From: Squalus acanthias
Taxonomy: Eukaryota
NCBI GenBank assembly: GCA_030390025.1
Contig: CM059432.1
Coordinates: 125,800,001-125,864,000, forward strand
Length of the DNA: 64,000 nucleotides
Direction of reading: 5' to 3'
Of this stretch, positions 12,465 to 25,550 are shown piece after piece. Every line of letters starts with the position of its first letter. Within the stretch, counting starts at the first letter, position 1. A model generated the notes under the pieces. It saw only the letters and a program-made list of their open reading frames with translations, was not told where the DNA came from and made no database searches. Both the position numbers and the translations under genes were made by a program.

Positions 12465-15160
12465 TGAAACATATGAACAAACGTAGGCCATTTCAACCCC
12501 TCAAGCCTGTTTTGCCATTTAATCAGATCATGGCTGATCTGTACCTCAACTCCATTTACCTGCCTTAATCCATCTTGCTCGATACCTTTACTTAACAAAA
12601 ATCTATTGATCTCAATCTTGAAAATTCCAATTGACCCAACATCCACAGCCTTTTGGGGGAGCGAGTTCCAGATTTCCACTTCCCTTTGTATGAAAAAGTG
12701 CTTCCTGATTTCACTCCTAAATGGCCTAACTCTAATTTTAAGATTGTGTCCCCTTATACTGGATTCCCCCACCAGAGGAAATGGTTTCTCTGTGTCTACC
12801 CTATTGAATCCCTTTATCATTTTAAACACCTCAATTAGATCATTCCTCAACCGTCTAAACTCAAGGGAATTTTATACAACCTGTCCTCACAATTCAACTC
12901 TTTGAGCTAGAAATTCGTGTGTTTAGCGCCACGAGAGCTCTACCACCGTTCAGAGCTCTACTGCCAGCTGATGGCAGTTCCAGTGCTGCACGCCATAACC
13001 GTCTTGCCAGTAGTGCTGCTGGTAAACTCAATCACCAGAGACATCGCAGTCACAGAGATCATGACGTCAGTGAGTGTGCAACGCTCACTTAACGCCCGAT
13101 CTCCCAACTTCATTTTGGCCATTGAACTTACCGGCTGGAGAAAGCAACGACAGGTTGAGGTGGCATGCAGCAGCAGGAAGCCGGCTCCAGCGATGCTATT
13201 TAAAGGGATCCTCACCAATCACTCAGACCTGACAGGTTTTTGAAGTTTGAGTGGCTGTGTGCTACTTCCTGCTACTGGAAGCGTTTTTTTTAATTCATTT
13301 CAAGGTTATTTGGTATCAGGGAGTGTTGTGGCAAGTACAAAACTCCATAAATATTTCTGAAAAGCTCCAACCTACAACACTTGCTAAAAGTCATGGGGGT
13401 TGTACTGGCAGTGGACCTCGCCCTCCAGGATCTACGATGGAGGGAGCGGAGGCAGTGACGGGCTGTCCATGACCGGTTCATCAGACTCCGATTCGCATGA
13501 ATGAAACCCCAGATCCCCGTAGCTCACCACATCCCCATCATACCATCCCTGTCTCAGGCCATATCACAGCATCCTCCTGGGTGCAAAGGTGAAATGAGAG
13601 AGACCACAAAATATTCCAAACACAATTAATAACTTTATCTATAAACATATCACACATATCATATGAATTCTAATAACTAATGACCCTTGTGCCTGCCATA
13701 GTTGAATAGCTGTCATTGTGTGCAAGGTGTGAGATGTGGGTGTTAGTGTTGCTAGGTGGAGATTGTTGGTGGCTGAGTGCTGGGGGATGAGGTGCACTGA
13801 GCAGTGTGTGAAGCTTGTGGTACAGATGGTGGTATGTAGCATTTGTTGAAGCTTTCACACACCCTGACCAGCCGTGTGAGCTCATTAAACTTCTTCCTGC
13901 ACTGTGTGTGGGTCCTGGGGACCACAGTGCTGCCCATGACCTGGTGTACCACCTCCCTCCAAATAGTCCGGCAGACTTGTGGTGAGGGCCTCCTGCCAGT
14001 TGGCGGGTACAGGACCACCTGCCTTCTCTCCACCGCTGAAACCAATGCCTCCAAACTTCATCGGAAAACCTCCGGGCTCTCTCCCTGGGGCGGCAGTCTG
14101 CCATCAGGATTTGTTAGTAACTGATCCTTCTCCTTGTCCTTCCTCTTAAGATTGTTGGGGCAGCTGCACACCCAACAATGCTGAGAATGAGCTGCTGCAG
14201 CATCAATGAACCTCCCCTTTAAGTAGTGAAAAAAGCCTGTGGCAATCATGACTTGCAACTAGACTGCCCCCGATATTGGTCCAGCTTTTCAGTGTAACGC
14301 CAATGAGCTTGGGTTTTTAGACAAAAATCATGACTGCAATCATTTTAATGAGGAGAGAGGACGAATTTTGCGTACAGCCTAGACAATTTTCAACAGGCGC
14401 TACTTAACCATTTTTAATCTAAACACTGTCCATTTCTTGGCTATAACGAATTTCTAGCCCTTTGAATCTTGGTATGATTCTGGTGAATATGCACTGTACC
14501 CTCTCCAATGCCAATATATCCTTCCTGAGGTGTGGTGCCCAAAACTGAATGCAGTACTCCAGATGGGATCTGACCAAACCTCTGTGCAACTGAAGCACAG
14601 CTTCCAAGTCTTTGCATTCCAGCCCGCTTGAGATAAAGGCCAACATTCCATTAGCCTTTTTGATTACTTTTTGTACCTGTGCTTTAGTGATTCGTGTACA
14701 TGGATACCCAAATCTGTTTGCTCCTCCACAGTTCCCAGTCTCTCGCCATTAAGAAAATCCAAAGTGGATGACCTCACACTTCACCACACTGAACTCCACT
14801 TGCCACAGTTTTTGCCCACTCACTTAATCTGTCTATGTCCCTTTGTAACTTCCTGCTCCAATTTGCACAACTTATTGTGCCTCCTAACTTGGTGTCATCT
14901 CCAAACTTGGATATACAACTCTCTATTCCTTCATCCAAGTCATTGATATATATGATGAAAAGCTGAGGCCCCAGTACAGATCTCTCGGGAACGCCACGGC
15001 ACATCCCACCAATTGGCGAACAAACCCTTTATCCCTACTCTCTGTCTCCTACCTGCCAACCAATTGCTAATCTATGCCACAAGGCTACCTCCAATTCCCT
15101 GCTTTTTAATTTTTGCTTGTGCAGAGCCTTATCAAATGCCTTCTACAAGTCCATATAGGA
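12465..15160 (-). mobile_element. Degenerate CR1 LINE split by a Harbinger element
   Basis: ORFs 12380..12850, 14419..14646 and 14774..15004 carry CR1 RT and C-terminal motifs. Confidence 0.85.
12904..14460 (-). mobile_element. PIF/Harbinger deletion derivative with Myb/SANT remnant
   Basis: TIRs GAGCTAGAAATTCGT / ACGAATTTCTAGCCC; TSD TTT; RERARRFSDE..EALVSAVERR..WREV..RTHTQCRKKFNEL at about 13850..14104 (frameshifted). Confidence 0.85.
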
Positions 15161-15181
15161 AGTCCATCCAGGAATTACAAC

Positions 15182-15356
15182 CAATGTTCCCTGTAAACTG
15201 CGTTTTGTTCTGCGCGGCCTGTTTCTTTTAATGCGCGGTCCCTTTAAATTTCTGTGCATGCATGGTATTTACAATGGAAAAGCCGGTGAGCGGCCTGCGT
15301 GGGACCTTGCAGGTTACTGCACAGCCGCGTGCCGCTGCAGTTTAGAGGGAACACTG
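15182..15356. mobile_element. hAT-like MITE
   Basis: TIRs CAATGTTCCCTGTAAACTGC / GCAGTTTAGAGGGAACACTG; 8-bp TSD ATTACAAC/TTTACAAC; related copy at 51120..51284. Confidence 0.75.
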
Positions 15357-15874
15357 TTTACAACCAATGGTGGCTGTAATACAATGCTCCACGAACTAAG
15401 TAACATGAGGCATTGCTTGAAAGTGACTGAAAGGAGCTTTTTAGTTTGGCCTCAACAGCCTTGGACAAAAATTGCAGTCAACTGTACAGAAAGATTTCCT
15501 TGATATTATGGGTATACAGTGGTCTGTCCTCTGATAGAATTCTGAAAGCCATGGTGGCCACTAGTGGCCTAAATGACTATAATAGAGGCAGGATGTTGGA
15601 ACTAATTCAGATGCCCCCTTAAAAGTGGTGAGATCTCCAAGGCAGATGTTTGGGGCAATCCATCAATCAGCTCGTGCAGCTGGTCCCTTCATCATTCTTT
15701 CAAATCAAATTGAAGTTCCACAGTTAGATGAAACACATTCCACGAACGGTACTGCTACAACAGTGGGTACCTCCACAGATGGAGATTCTTCTAGATGTCA
15801 AGGTTTTGCAGCATGCAGCGCATCACATTTTAGCTAGTTCATATCGCGATCCTGCCTCCACACCCACCAACACT

Positions 15875-16705
15875 GAAGAAGCTCAACACTGTCCAGAACA
15901 AAGCAGCCCGCTTGATTGACACCCCATCCACCGCCTTAAACATTCACTCCCTCCACCACCGGCGCACCGTGGCTGCAGTGTGTACCATCTACAAGTTGCA
16001 CTGCAGCAACTCATCAAGGCTTCTTCGCCAGCACCTCCCAAATCTGCGACCTCCACCACAAGTGCACCCATCTAACAACCACATGCAAAAGCCACTTTTG
16101 CACCCCCTCCCCCCAATGCCACTAACACAAAGCAGTCCTGCAAACAACCAAGCCTCCCTTTCACAGCCCCCATTACACGACGTCAATTCATGTCTTCCCA
16201 TTCATCATCACACAATTGAAAAGGCCACTTGCCAGCCAGTAACCAAGAATGGGCAAGACATGGAAGTGGTGCAAAACAATCACATTTATGTGGCTCACAT
16301 ATAAAACAGAAACTTAACATTCTAACACTGTGTAACTCACCCATGTGCCTACCCTTGTGTGACTACAAATCTTTACTCTTCCTTTTCCTACCAAAGAAAG
16401 AAAGACTCGCGACCTCAACCACCTAGAAGGACAAGGGCAGCAGGTGCATGGGAACACCATCACCTCCAAGTTCCCCTCCAAGTCACACACCATCCTGACT
16501 TGGAACTATATTGCCGTTCCTTCATCGTCGCTGGGCCAGAATCCTGGAACTCCCTCCCTAACAGCACTGTGGGAGTACCTTCACCACACGGACTGCAGCG
16601 GTTCAAGAAGGCGGCTCACCACCACCTTCTCAAGGGCAACTAGGGATGGGCAATAAATGCTGGCCTTGCCAGTGACGCCCACATCCCAGGAACAAATTTT
16701 TAAAA
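15875..16705 (+). mobile_element. 3' fragment of a second non-LTR family (CR1/L2 group), with an internal insertion
   Basis: LNIHSLHHRRTVAAV... and ...SWNSLPNSTVG; tail GGGCAATAAATGCTGGCCTTGCCAG; same family as 60520..62156. Confidence 0.75.
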
Positions 16706-17848
16706 AGGTATATAGTCGAAGGGTGATAAAAGTTTTTGGGTTTCATAGGTGAAGACATTGAAGTACATATATTAATCACATGTTGCACATAATGAATTAT
16801 TTAAACACTATCATTGTCATTATACCCTCTGTTGGATGTACTTTTGACTAGGCACAAAGATAATTATAGGTTCAGTAAATAATGGATGTGGGTGGGATAA
16901 TAAAAAAACAAACAAGTATGGTTGATACTCAAGTTTATGCTGCTGCTAATATATAGCTGTGTGTAATCTTTCATGCTTATTCAAAGTTCATATAAGTCAA
17001 TATGTGTGACCTAGTATGTGTAAGACTAGTGTCTGTAGACCCGCAGGGGAGAATCTCTTAACTGAAATGGATCACAATCAAATTGCCTTGATCCTCCTGT
17101 GCCAATTATCTTCTGATACAGGTTGCTGGAATTCTGTGACCTCTGTGGTCATAACATGATTGTGTTCCTGATTGAGTGAAAGTCTTGAAAGATTTGCATT
17201 TATATAGCGCCTTTCATGAGCTCTGGAGATCACAAAGCACTTTACAGCCAATGAGGTACTTTTGAAGTATAATCACTGTTGTAATGTAAGAAATTGAGAT
17301 GGAGATTCTTCTAGATGTCAAGGTTTTGCAGCATGCAGCACATCGCATTTTGGCCAGTTCATATCGCGATCCTGCCTCCACCCCAACCTCCCCCACCTCC
17401 TCAATTGATCATAGCACCAAAATCACTGCTTTGAGAGGCTGAACATTTGCTCTATGATGAATCACACTGTTTTGTATGCTTGGTTGTATCTGTGTTGTGC
17501 CTGTGTTACAGTGCCATTTTTGGGTTGTGTAACAGTGTCCTGAGTTACATTGTCAGACATTAGCAAAATCCAGTCTTGAAGATGGCTATTGCATTCAAAC
17601 ACTTTAGCCAGAGATGACTAACTGAGGCCAAAAAACACACACATTGACTGTATGAGGGGTGCATTTTCTCATTTAGAAGTAAGTAGCAAAGTTTTCTTGT
17701 TTCTAGTTATGACTATCCACTGTCTTATAAAACTGGCAAGTGCTTTTGAGTTTCCTCCAATTGAATATATGGCTCATAAATTTCATAATCTCAACCCGTA
17801 GAAACTGGTCCATCAGCAGATACCTGCACTGATGGTATTATTAACTAT

Positions 17849-18303
17849 GTGTCAACCATGGCTTAGTTGTTAGAACTCTTGCCTCTGAGGCAGACGGTTG
17901 TGGGTTCAAGTCCTGCTCCAGAGACTTGAGCATAAAAATCTAGGCAGACACTCCAGGGCACTACTGAGGGAGTGCTGCACTGTCGGAGGTGCTGTCTGTC
18001 CGAGATGTTAAGTCGAGACCCTAACTGCTCTCTCAGGTGTATGTAATGGCACTATTTCAAAGAAGAGCAGCAGCGTTATCCCTGGTGTCTTGGCCAATAT
18101 TTATCCCTCAATCAACATCACTAAAAAAAACAGATTATCTGTTCATTATCACATTGCTGTTTGTGAGACCTTGCTGTGTGCAAATTGTCTGCCATGTTTC
18201 CTACATTACAACAGTGACTACACTTCAAAAGTAGTTAATTGGCTGTAAAGGGCTTTGGGACATCCTGAGGTCGTGAAAGACGCTGTATAAATGCAAGTCT
18301 TCC
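17849..18303 (+). mobile_element. tRNA-headed SINE (SacSINE1/DeuSINE-like)
   Basis: A-box TGGCTTAGTTG, B-box GGTTCAAGTCC, central ACTGAGGGAGTGCTGCACTGTCGGAGGTGC, L2-like tail TATAAATGCAAGT; several copies in the window. Family name is from recognition, not a search. Confidence 0.8.
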
Positions 18304-19199
18304 TTTTTTTTAAATAAACTACTGTAGTCGCCATTTGCAAAAGAAGGTCAAAACCAGCAGTGCAGAGAGGAAATTAGAAGCTTTAAATTAGGTTTAAACA
18401 ATGGTTATGTGAATTGTTTACAAATCTGTTTTCTGATGGTGACCAAAGCATCTTTATTGATAGGCTTTGTGAAAAACTGAATGACCTTACTGGGTCGAGA
18501 GGATGTCCCATTAATCAAGTTTGGTGCCAGATTGCCGGGATGTGGATTGCTGAACTCTTTAATATTGGCTGAGAAATCCAAAGCAGATTGGGAAAAAATT
18601 CCACGGCTTAAGGATAACTATCAAGGCAATGTGGAAATGGACCTGAAAAAACTGCAAGTTATAATATGGACTGTAAGGACATATTTGAATGTTTTATTCG
18701 AAAGCCTCCTAAACTCATGCATTCAAAAGCATAACTCCGTACTAATCCAGAGATAATTGAGCTAAGATGTCCTAATGAGAGTGAAGGGTTTGTAAACTAA
18801 GGGGTCTCAGCATATTGATATTGTATGCCATGACAGTACATAAAAGTTAATCAGTATTACAAGTCCTACTGAACTGATTCTGTGATGTCACTTTTTCAGT
18901 ACTAACACACTAGTAAATCTGACCATCTTTGAACAAAGGGCGCTGATCCTCATCAACATTAAAACATAGGAACAGGAGTTGGCCATTCAACCCCTTGAAG
19001 CTGTACCGCCATTCAATTTGATCATGGCTGATTTGTACTTCCAACTTCATTTACCCGCCTTTGATCCATATCCCTTGATACCCTTACCTAACAAAAATCT
19101 ATTGGTCTGTCTTGAAAATTTGAATTGACCCAGCATTCACAGCCATTTGGGGAGCAAGGAATTTCAGATAAGAAGATATATTTAAAGACGTTTGAAAGC

Positions 19200-20290
19200 A
19201 GGGAAGGGCATAATAAGTTGAAGTGGTTTTGGAACAGAATTTCAGAGGACTGAGGCACAGTGACTGAAAGATTGATGGTGGATTGGAAGGTGTGGAAAAC
19301 AGCAACAATCCAGATTCAGGGGAACGGGATGTAGCGCTGGTAAATATTTATAAGTAGGGTGGAGAGAAGAATGGAGGGATTTGGAGGTGAGGATCTTGAA
19401 ATAATTTGCGGCAGCACAAAGATCCAGTGAAGCAAGGTGTGGATGGGGATGGTAGGTATGCAGGACTTTGAATTAGGGATTAGCTGAAGTTTGTGAACAG
19501 TGGAGATTGGGAGTTTGATGAGGAACACATTTGCAAAAATGATCCTTGAAGTGATATGGGGGTGGGGAGGGTTGATGGAATCAGAACCAAAGGCAGGTGG
19601 CAGCGGAACAAAGTGTTTTCAGTCTTGCCGATATTAATCTGTAGGAAAATTTGGCTCATTCAACATTTATTGTCTGACAGGGACTCAGATAGTGCAGCAA
19701 CAGTGCTGGAGAGACAGAGTCAGATGTTATCAGTTACATGTGATGCTTATGGATGATGTTCTGAGCGGTTGCTTGTAGATGAAAGAAGGGACAAGGATGG
19801 ATCCCTGGGACAACCAGAGTAGGTACTGGAGGAGAAACTATTGTAGGAGATGCACTGACTGTATTGGGACAGTTAGGAGTGGAATCACAAGAGAGCAGTT
19901 CCATGGAGTTATAGAGCATGGAATGGTCAACAGTGTCAAAGGCGGTAGAGAGGTTGAGAAGGACAAAGTGGTAGCAGTCTCACAGGATGTCATTGATGAC
20001 TTTGGTCAGGGTAGTCTTAGTGCTGTAGGTGGATCAGAAACTGGATAGGAGGGACAGTAGTAAGAGCAGTGAGTATGCAGTTGGATGGAAGAGACATGTT
20101 CGAGGACCTTGGGGAGAAAGGACAGGTTCAAGATAGGAAGTTGTTTGAGAAGATAAGAGGATTGAATGGGTAGTTTAAGAAAGGTGGTTATGATCGCAAC
20201 TTTCAAAAGGGTGAAAACAATGCTTGAGGATAGGGACAGTTTAACAATAATGGCAAGCTGCGAAGGGATGATGGATAGTCAGCAACTGGA
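19200..20290 (-). mobile_element. Old L2 LINE fragment
   Basis: PILNLSFLPKVLEHV and degenerate similarity to the L2 at 39352..40981. Confidence 0.6.
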
Positions 20291-20547
20291 TTGTAATTAT
20301 AGAATGTTACAGTACTGAAACAGGCCGTTAAACCCATTATGTCTGTGCTTGTGTTTTAATTACGCACTCCTGTGCACTCACCATATCCTGTAATATATCT
20401 CTTTTTCAAGAAACTATTTCCTTTTTAAAAGAAGTTGTGGGCTCTGCTTCAACAGTTTATGATGTGGAGATGCCGGCGTTGGACTGGGGTGGACAAAAAT
20501 GAGAAGTCGCACAACACCAGGTTATAGTCCAACAGATTTATTTAATT

Positions 20548-20586
20548 TTACAAGCTTTCGAAGCAGTTCGCTCCTTCGTCAGGTAA
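20548..20586 (-). ncRNA. Minimal type I hammerhead ribozyme motif (inverted arm, family A)
   Basis: Exact reverse complement of 21761..21799. Confidence 0.8.
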
Positions 20587-21760
20587 GTTAGCAATGAGAG
20601 AATCTCCCAGAATTCACAATTTAAACCCAGACAAAATCTATTCACATTATTCCTTACAACAAAGAGCACAGCCAAGACAATGAGATGTGTCCCAGGGGGT
20701 CCAACGTGTCAAACCACCTGCTGGCTGCATATCCTGTCAATTTGTGTTCTTGTGTTTAAAAAAAAAAAACACCTGGGAAGACCGGCCATGATGTCAAGTC
20801 ACGTTCTGTATCGTGACATGAACCCGATATCGCGATTGAGGCCATCCTCATGAGTGCGGAACTTGGCTATCAGTTTCTGCTCTATGATTTTGCGCTGTCG
20901 TGTATCTCGAAGGCCGCCTAGTCGTCCAGTACTTCCCCGGAGCGGAAAAACTACGCCATGTTCTTCGCAGCCTTCAACATGTCATCGATGACGACGAACA
21001 CCTTGCTAAGGCCATCCCCACGCCTCCACTACTCGCCTTCAAGCAGCCGCCTAACCTCAAAAGTACCATCGTTCGCAGCAGATTACCCATCTTTCAGGAG
21101 AACAGCAACCAAGACACCACACAACCCTGCCACGGCAACCTCTGCAAGACATGCCAAATCATGGACACAGATACCATCATTACACGTGAGGACACTACCC
21201 ACCAGGTACACGGTACATACTCATGTGACTCGGCCAATGTTGTCTACCTGATACGTTGCAGTAAAGGATGCTCCAGAGCATGGTACATCGGCGAGACCAT
21301 GCAGACACTGAGACAACGTATGAACGGACACCGCGCAACAATCGCCAGGCAGGAGGGTTGCCTCCCAGTCGGGGAACACTTCAGCAGCCAGGGGCATTCA
21401 GCCTCGGATCTGCGGGTAAGCGTTCTCCAAGGCGGCCTTCGAGATACACGACAGCGCAAAATCATAGAGCAGAAACTGATAGCCAAGTTCCGCACTCATG
21501 AGGATGGCCTCAATCGCGATATCGGGTTCATGTCATGATACAGAACGTGACTTGACATCATGGCCGGTCTTCCCAGGTGTTTTTTTTTTAAACACAAGAA
21601 CACAAATTGACAGGATATGCAGCCAGCAGGTGGTTTGACACGTTGGACCCCCTGGGACACATCTCATTGTCTTGGCTGTGCTCTTTGTTGTAAGGAATAA
21701 TGTGAATAGATTTTGTCTGGGTTTAAATTGTGAATTCTGGGAGATTCTCTCATTGCTAAC

Positions 21761-21799
21761 TTACCTGACGAAGGAGCGAACTGCTTCGAAAGCTTGTAA
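21761..21799 (+). ncRNA. Minimal type I hammerhead ribozyme motif (family A)
   Basis: TTAC-CTGACGA-A-GGAGC-gaact-GCTTC-GAAA-GC-TT-GTAA: core boxes, stem I TTAC/GTAA, stem II GGAGC/GCTTC, palindromic helix III AAGCTT. Confidence 0.8.
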
Positions 21800-22292
21800 A
21801 ATTAAATAAATCTGTTGGACTATAACCTGGTGTTGTGCGACTTCTCATTTTTGTCAACAGTTTATGGCACAGAATTCTGCATTTCAACTATCGTTTGCGT
21901 AAAGAAATTTAGTCAAAACTTCCCTTTATTTCTTTTTGTGATTAACTTAAATTTGTCCCCTGTCATTACTGTCTTACCAACTAGTGGAAACAACCTATCA
22001 TTATCTAACCATAACCCTTCATAATCTTGAAGACCTCTGTCAGGTCACCCCTTCACCTTCTCACCCCTAGTGGAAAAAAATAATTCTCAAGTCTCTCTTC
22101 ATAAATATAAACCTGGTAACTATAAACCCTGGTAACATCCTAGTGAATTCACACTGCACCTATTTCATTGCTTTTAGGTCTTTCCTATAACGGGATGCCC
22201 AAAACTATACGCAGTATTCCAAATATAGTTTTGTACAAGTTCAACATTACCTCCTTGCTTTTGTATTCCATGCCTCGAGATACAAAGCCATA

Positions 22293-23941
22293 GGGCTGGA
22301 TTTTCCTGACCTCAGCGGGTCCAGGGCGGGCAACATCGGTGGCGGGTCCCGACCCCGCTGCTGGCTCCATCGCACTCTGGAAAATGATTTTACATTGATG
22401 GGGCTTGTTAAGCCCGCCCAGCGCGTTTGCCGGTCCAATGAAAGGAAGCGGGTCTGATGACGTCATTCATGACGCGTCATCGGCCAGTTTCCTTAAAGAG
22501 ACCATGGCCAGCTTTCTTTTAACATTTGTTCTGTCAGTGTTCTATAGCATTGAGGTGCTGCAAACACTGACAATTACTGCACAGAGGTGCAGGGCTGCAC
22601 CCAGGTTCTCCTATGATTCCCTCCATATGCTTAAGTCCAACACAGCCTGGTTGCATATTGTACAGGAGGGCACAAGCAGGGATGTCGTCAGGAGGACCTG
22701 GGTGCAGTGGTGCAAACCTTTCAATGATCTCATTAGATCACGAAATGTTAGTACAAAGCCACACTCAACTTCATCCTGCTGTGCCTCTCATTACATCCCT
22801 ATCACTCTGCCTTCCCTACCCTACTCCTGCACATTCTTACACCAAATTACCTTGCACCTCCATCCCATCCCTCTCTCTCTATCTACATTATCACATCCCC
22901 ATCTCACTAGCCATCCCTCACACTCACCCTCATCTTACTGCAATCATACCAACTAACAACACACAAGGGTAGCCACTTGGATGTTTTAACCAATGTTCAT
23001 GTAAAGTTTCTGTTAAATGTGATGTTAAACATTAAAACCTTTATTTTCAACACTTTGTGTTCTTGGACAGATTTGTGTGCACCTTTGGAAGTGGCTTAAT
23101 GAGTTGCAGTAAATGGTAAGGCATAACAGTACTCCCCGCAATGGTGGTGAGTGTGAAAGGAATGGCTTGGACATTGTAGGGATGCTTTATGGTGTTGGTG
23201 TGGGGTGGTGCCAACCTGGCGCATCATGTGGCAGCCTGGGTGTACAGCGTCAAGTGAAGTAAATCTGGCCATAGTGAGGCCATCCCTGGCCTCCCGGGCA
23301 GCAATGTGCTTGGGTGCTGATGCCCTCTGTCCTGATGATTGCGGAGAAGGTTGGTGTTGTTGTTGGTGCTGCTGGTGTTGTGGCTGATCATGGTCAGATT
23401 CTGAGGACCAAGGTGAGACAGTATAAAGTACACCCATGTTGATGAAATAGATGGCAGGTGAAGTAGAGATGACAGACACATTCTTCCAATGAGGTGAGAC
23501 TGGATGGAGAGTAGAAAGCCTTTGGAATCTGTGCTGGAAATGGACTGAGAAACAGCTTGTGGCTGAGGAAAGTGATGATCTGTCAGGTGGGAGCATTTAC
23601 TGTACATTTGGAGCTGTCAAGTAATCAACTGGAGCAATGGCCACTGAATTCCCGCCTCAGGTTGACAGCCGTGGTCCCTGAACAGCGTGGTCCCCGTGGC
23701 CACGAAGTTAAAGTGAAAAGGTAAGTTAAAAAGCCTGTTAATGATCTGTGAACTAGATGGTGATGAGTTTAATTGGGTCGCCTGCCGCTGCCTGTTGGGT
23801 CTGCTCAGCGCTGACAGACCCGACATTGGGAAAGGCGCGTTGCGGCGGGGTCCCGACCCGCTGTCAAAAAAATCAAATTTCCCACCCGACCCGCCACTGA
23901 TCCCACCCGCTGACACCCCCCCACCCCAGAAAATTCCGGCC
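22293..23941. mobile_element. Degenerate PIF/Harbinger element
   Basis: Imperfect TIRs GGGCTGGATTTTC / GAAAATTCCGGCC; plus-strand Myb remnant RAAPRFSYDSL..AWLHI..RRTWVQWCKPFNDL; possible convergent transposase remnant at about 23200-23600. Confidence 0.7.
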
Positions 23942-24789
23942 ACAGATTCTGTTTGCCTTTTTATAGCCTTATCTATCTGTGCTGCCATCTTTAATGACCT
24001 GTGCAGCACTAGGATGCTCTGCTCATCTACTCCATTTAAAACCTTACCATTTACGCTGTATCTTCCTATCCTGCTAGTTTATCCATGTCCTTCTGAGTTT
24101 TTCAGTCCTCATCACAATTTGCCACACCTCCCAATTTGGGGCTATCAGTAAACTTCAATATTATTCCATCAATTTCTAAGTCCAGATCATTTATGTACAG
24201 TACATAGTAAAAACGGCTCCAAAATAGATCCCTTTGGAATACCACTGCATATTTTTGCAGTCAAAGTTACTTTTATTTATCGCTCTTATAAGATTTTTAT
24301 GTGGTACCTTATCAAATGCTTTTTGATAATTCAGATATACCACATCCACTGCAATTCTTCTGTTATTTCCTGCAAAGAATTATGTAAGATTGGTCAAGCA
24401 TGACCTGCCTTTTGGAAATCTGTGCTGATGGGCCTCAATTAACTCATGTTTCTCCAAGTCCTTAGTAATTTAATCCCGTATTATAGACTCTGGGGCGAGG
24501 AGTGGAGGATTTTCCTGAAGGGTGGCATTGCTGCCAGAAGTAGGGTGTGTACCGACCCAAAGAGACCCTGTCCCATTTTCCTGAAGTGGAGTTAATTAAT
24601 TATGCAGGGCAGACTCCCAGAGAAAAATCCAGCCCTAATAGTTTAACAACAACTAAAGAAAGACTAACTGGCCAACATTATTCTGGCTTATTCTTACCTC
24701 CACTTTTGCCATCCTCCAGTCCTCTGGCATAATTTTTCTTTCCACAGAATTTTAGAAAATTATGATTAGATAAGTGGAAAAAGGATGAA

Positions 24790-25545
24790 GCAATTAATAG
24801 TGGAGAAGAGGATTTGGAGGTTGCCTATGCCCACCAGGATAATCCTGGGTTAATAGCAGGATTTGGCTGCGGAGAGGGAAAGATGGTCAACCCAATTTTG
24901 TGGTGAACAGCCAGTGGACAGTCGTAAAGGCAGGAAGTGAGATAGGTGTGTGTGATGAAAGAGATGAAGAGGCGATTGGAAATGGCCCTGTCAGTGATTG
25001 TGGTCTTGGATATGGCAAGGCCTTTTACGATAGCCACGGATGTGTGTGACAGAATTTAAGTGGAAGGTGAGATTGACGGAGCAAAGGACAGAAAATAATT
25101 TGGAAGAGATAGGGCAGGGTTAAGTTCAGATGCAGATATCTGGGAGGGATTCCAAAACCTCATAGATGTGCTAATAAATGGGTATCCAGAGGAAAGTCCC
25201 TCCAGCAGCAGTAGCTGTGAAAAGGCACAAACAGCTGACAGAGATGTCAATGTCCGCTCTGAGTATGCATAAGATACTGAACAAATTATTCCAAGGGACC
25301 TATGAAGGCAACCTAAGCACAGGATTCTCCTGGCACTGATGAAGATACATTGGGATAGTTGCAGTTGCATTCAGAGGGCACATCAAATCCCACAAATGTC
25401 AATGGACACCAATTTCTGACCACTTAGCTGGGGGAGCACAAAGATCATGGACAAAGATAACATACAAGGATGTGCATACTAGAAAAACCATGAATGAATC
25501 ATTAGAAATACCTGAGTACTGAGCAATGACAAGATTTTGACATTG
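24790..25545 (-). mobile_element. Possible ancient DIRS/Ngaro RT-RNase H remnant
   Basis: Ordered weak motifs GI...MQLQLSQ, LGCLHRSLGII, ASELNP, VAIVKG resemble Ngaro RT/RH by eye only. Confidence 0.3.
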
Positions 25546-25550
25546 GAATC

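Larger units (their letters stand above)
20462..21853 (+). mobile_element. Penelope-like element (Neptune-like), fold-back 5'-truncated insertion, family A
   Basis: ORF 20900..21538 with CHGNLCKTC and GIY-YIG motif VVYLIRC...WYIGET...RMNGH; inverted arms about 20492..20919 and 21430..21855; TSD TCAACAGTTTATG (20449-20461, 21854-21866). Confidence 0.93.
20300..24490 (-). mobile_element. Old CR1 LINE hosting a PLE and a Harbinger insertion
   Basis: CR1-like pieces at about 20300-20460, 21867-22290 (SRGMEYKSKEVMLNLYK) and 23945-24490 are colinear once the inserts are removed. Confidence 0.7.

Noticed and set aside
17849..17930. tRNA gene
   Set aside because: The A and B boxes are the head of a SINE that continues into core and tail sequence.
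18400..18756. Protein-like frames (WLCELFTNL..., 91-aa ORF)
   Set aside because: Interrupted by stops, no identifiable family and no convincing splice sites.
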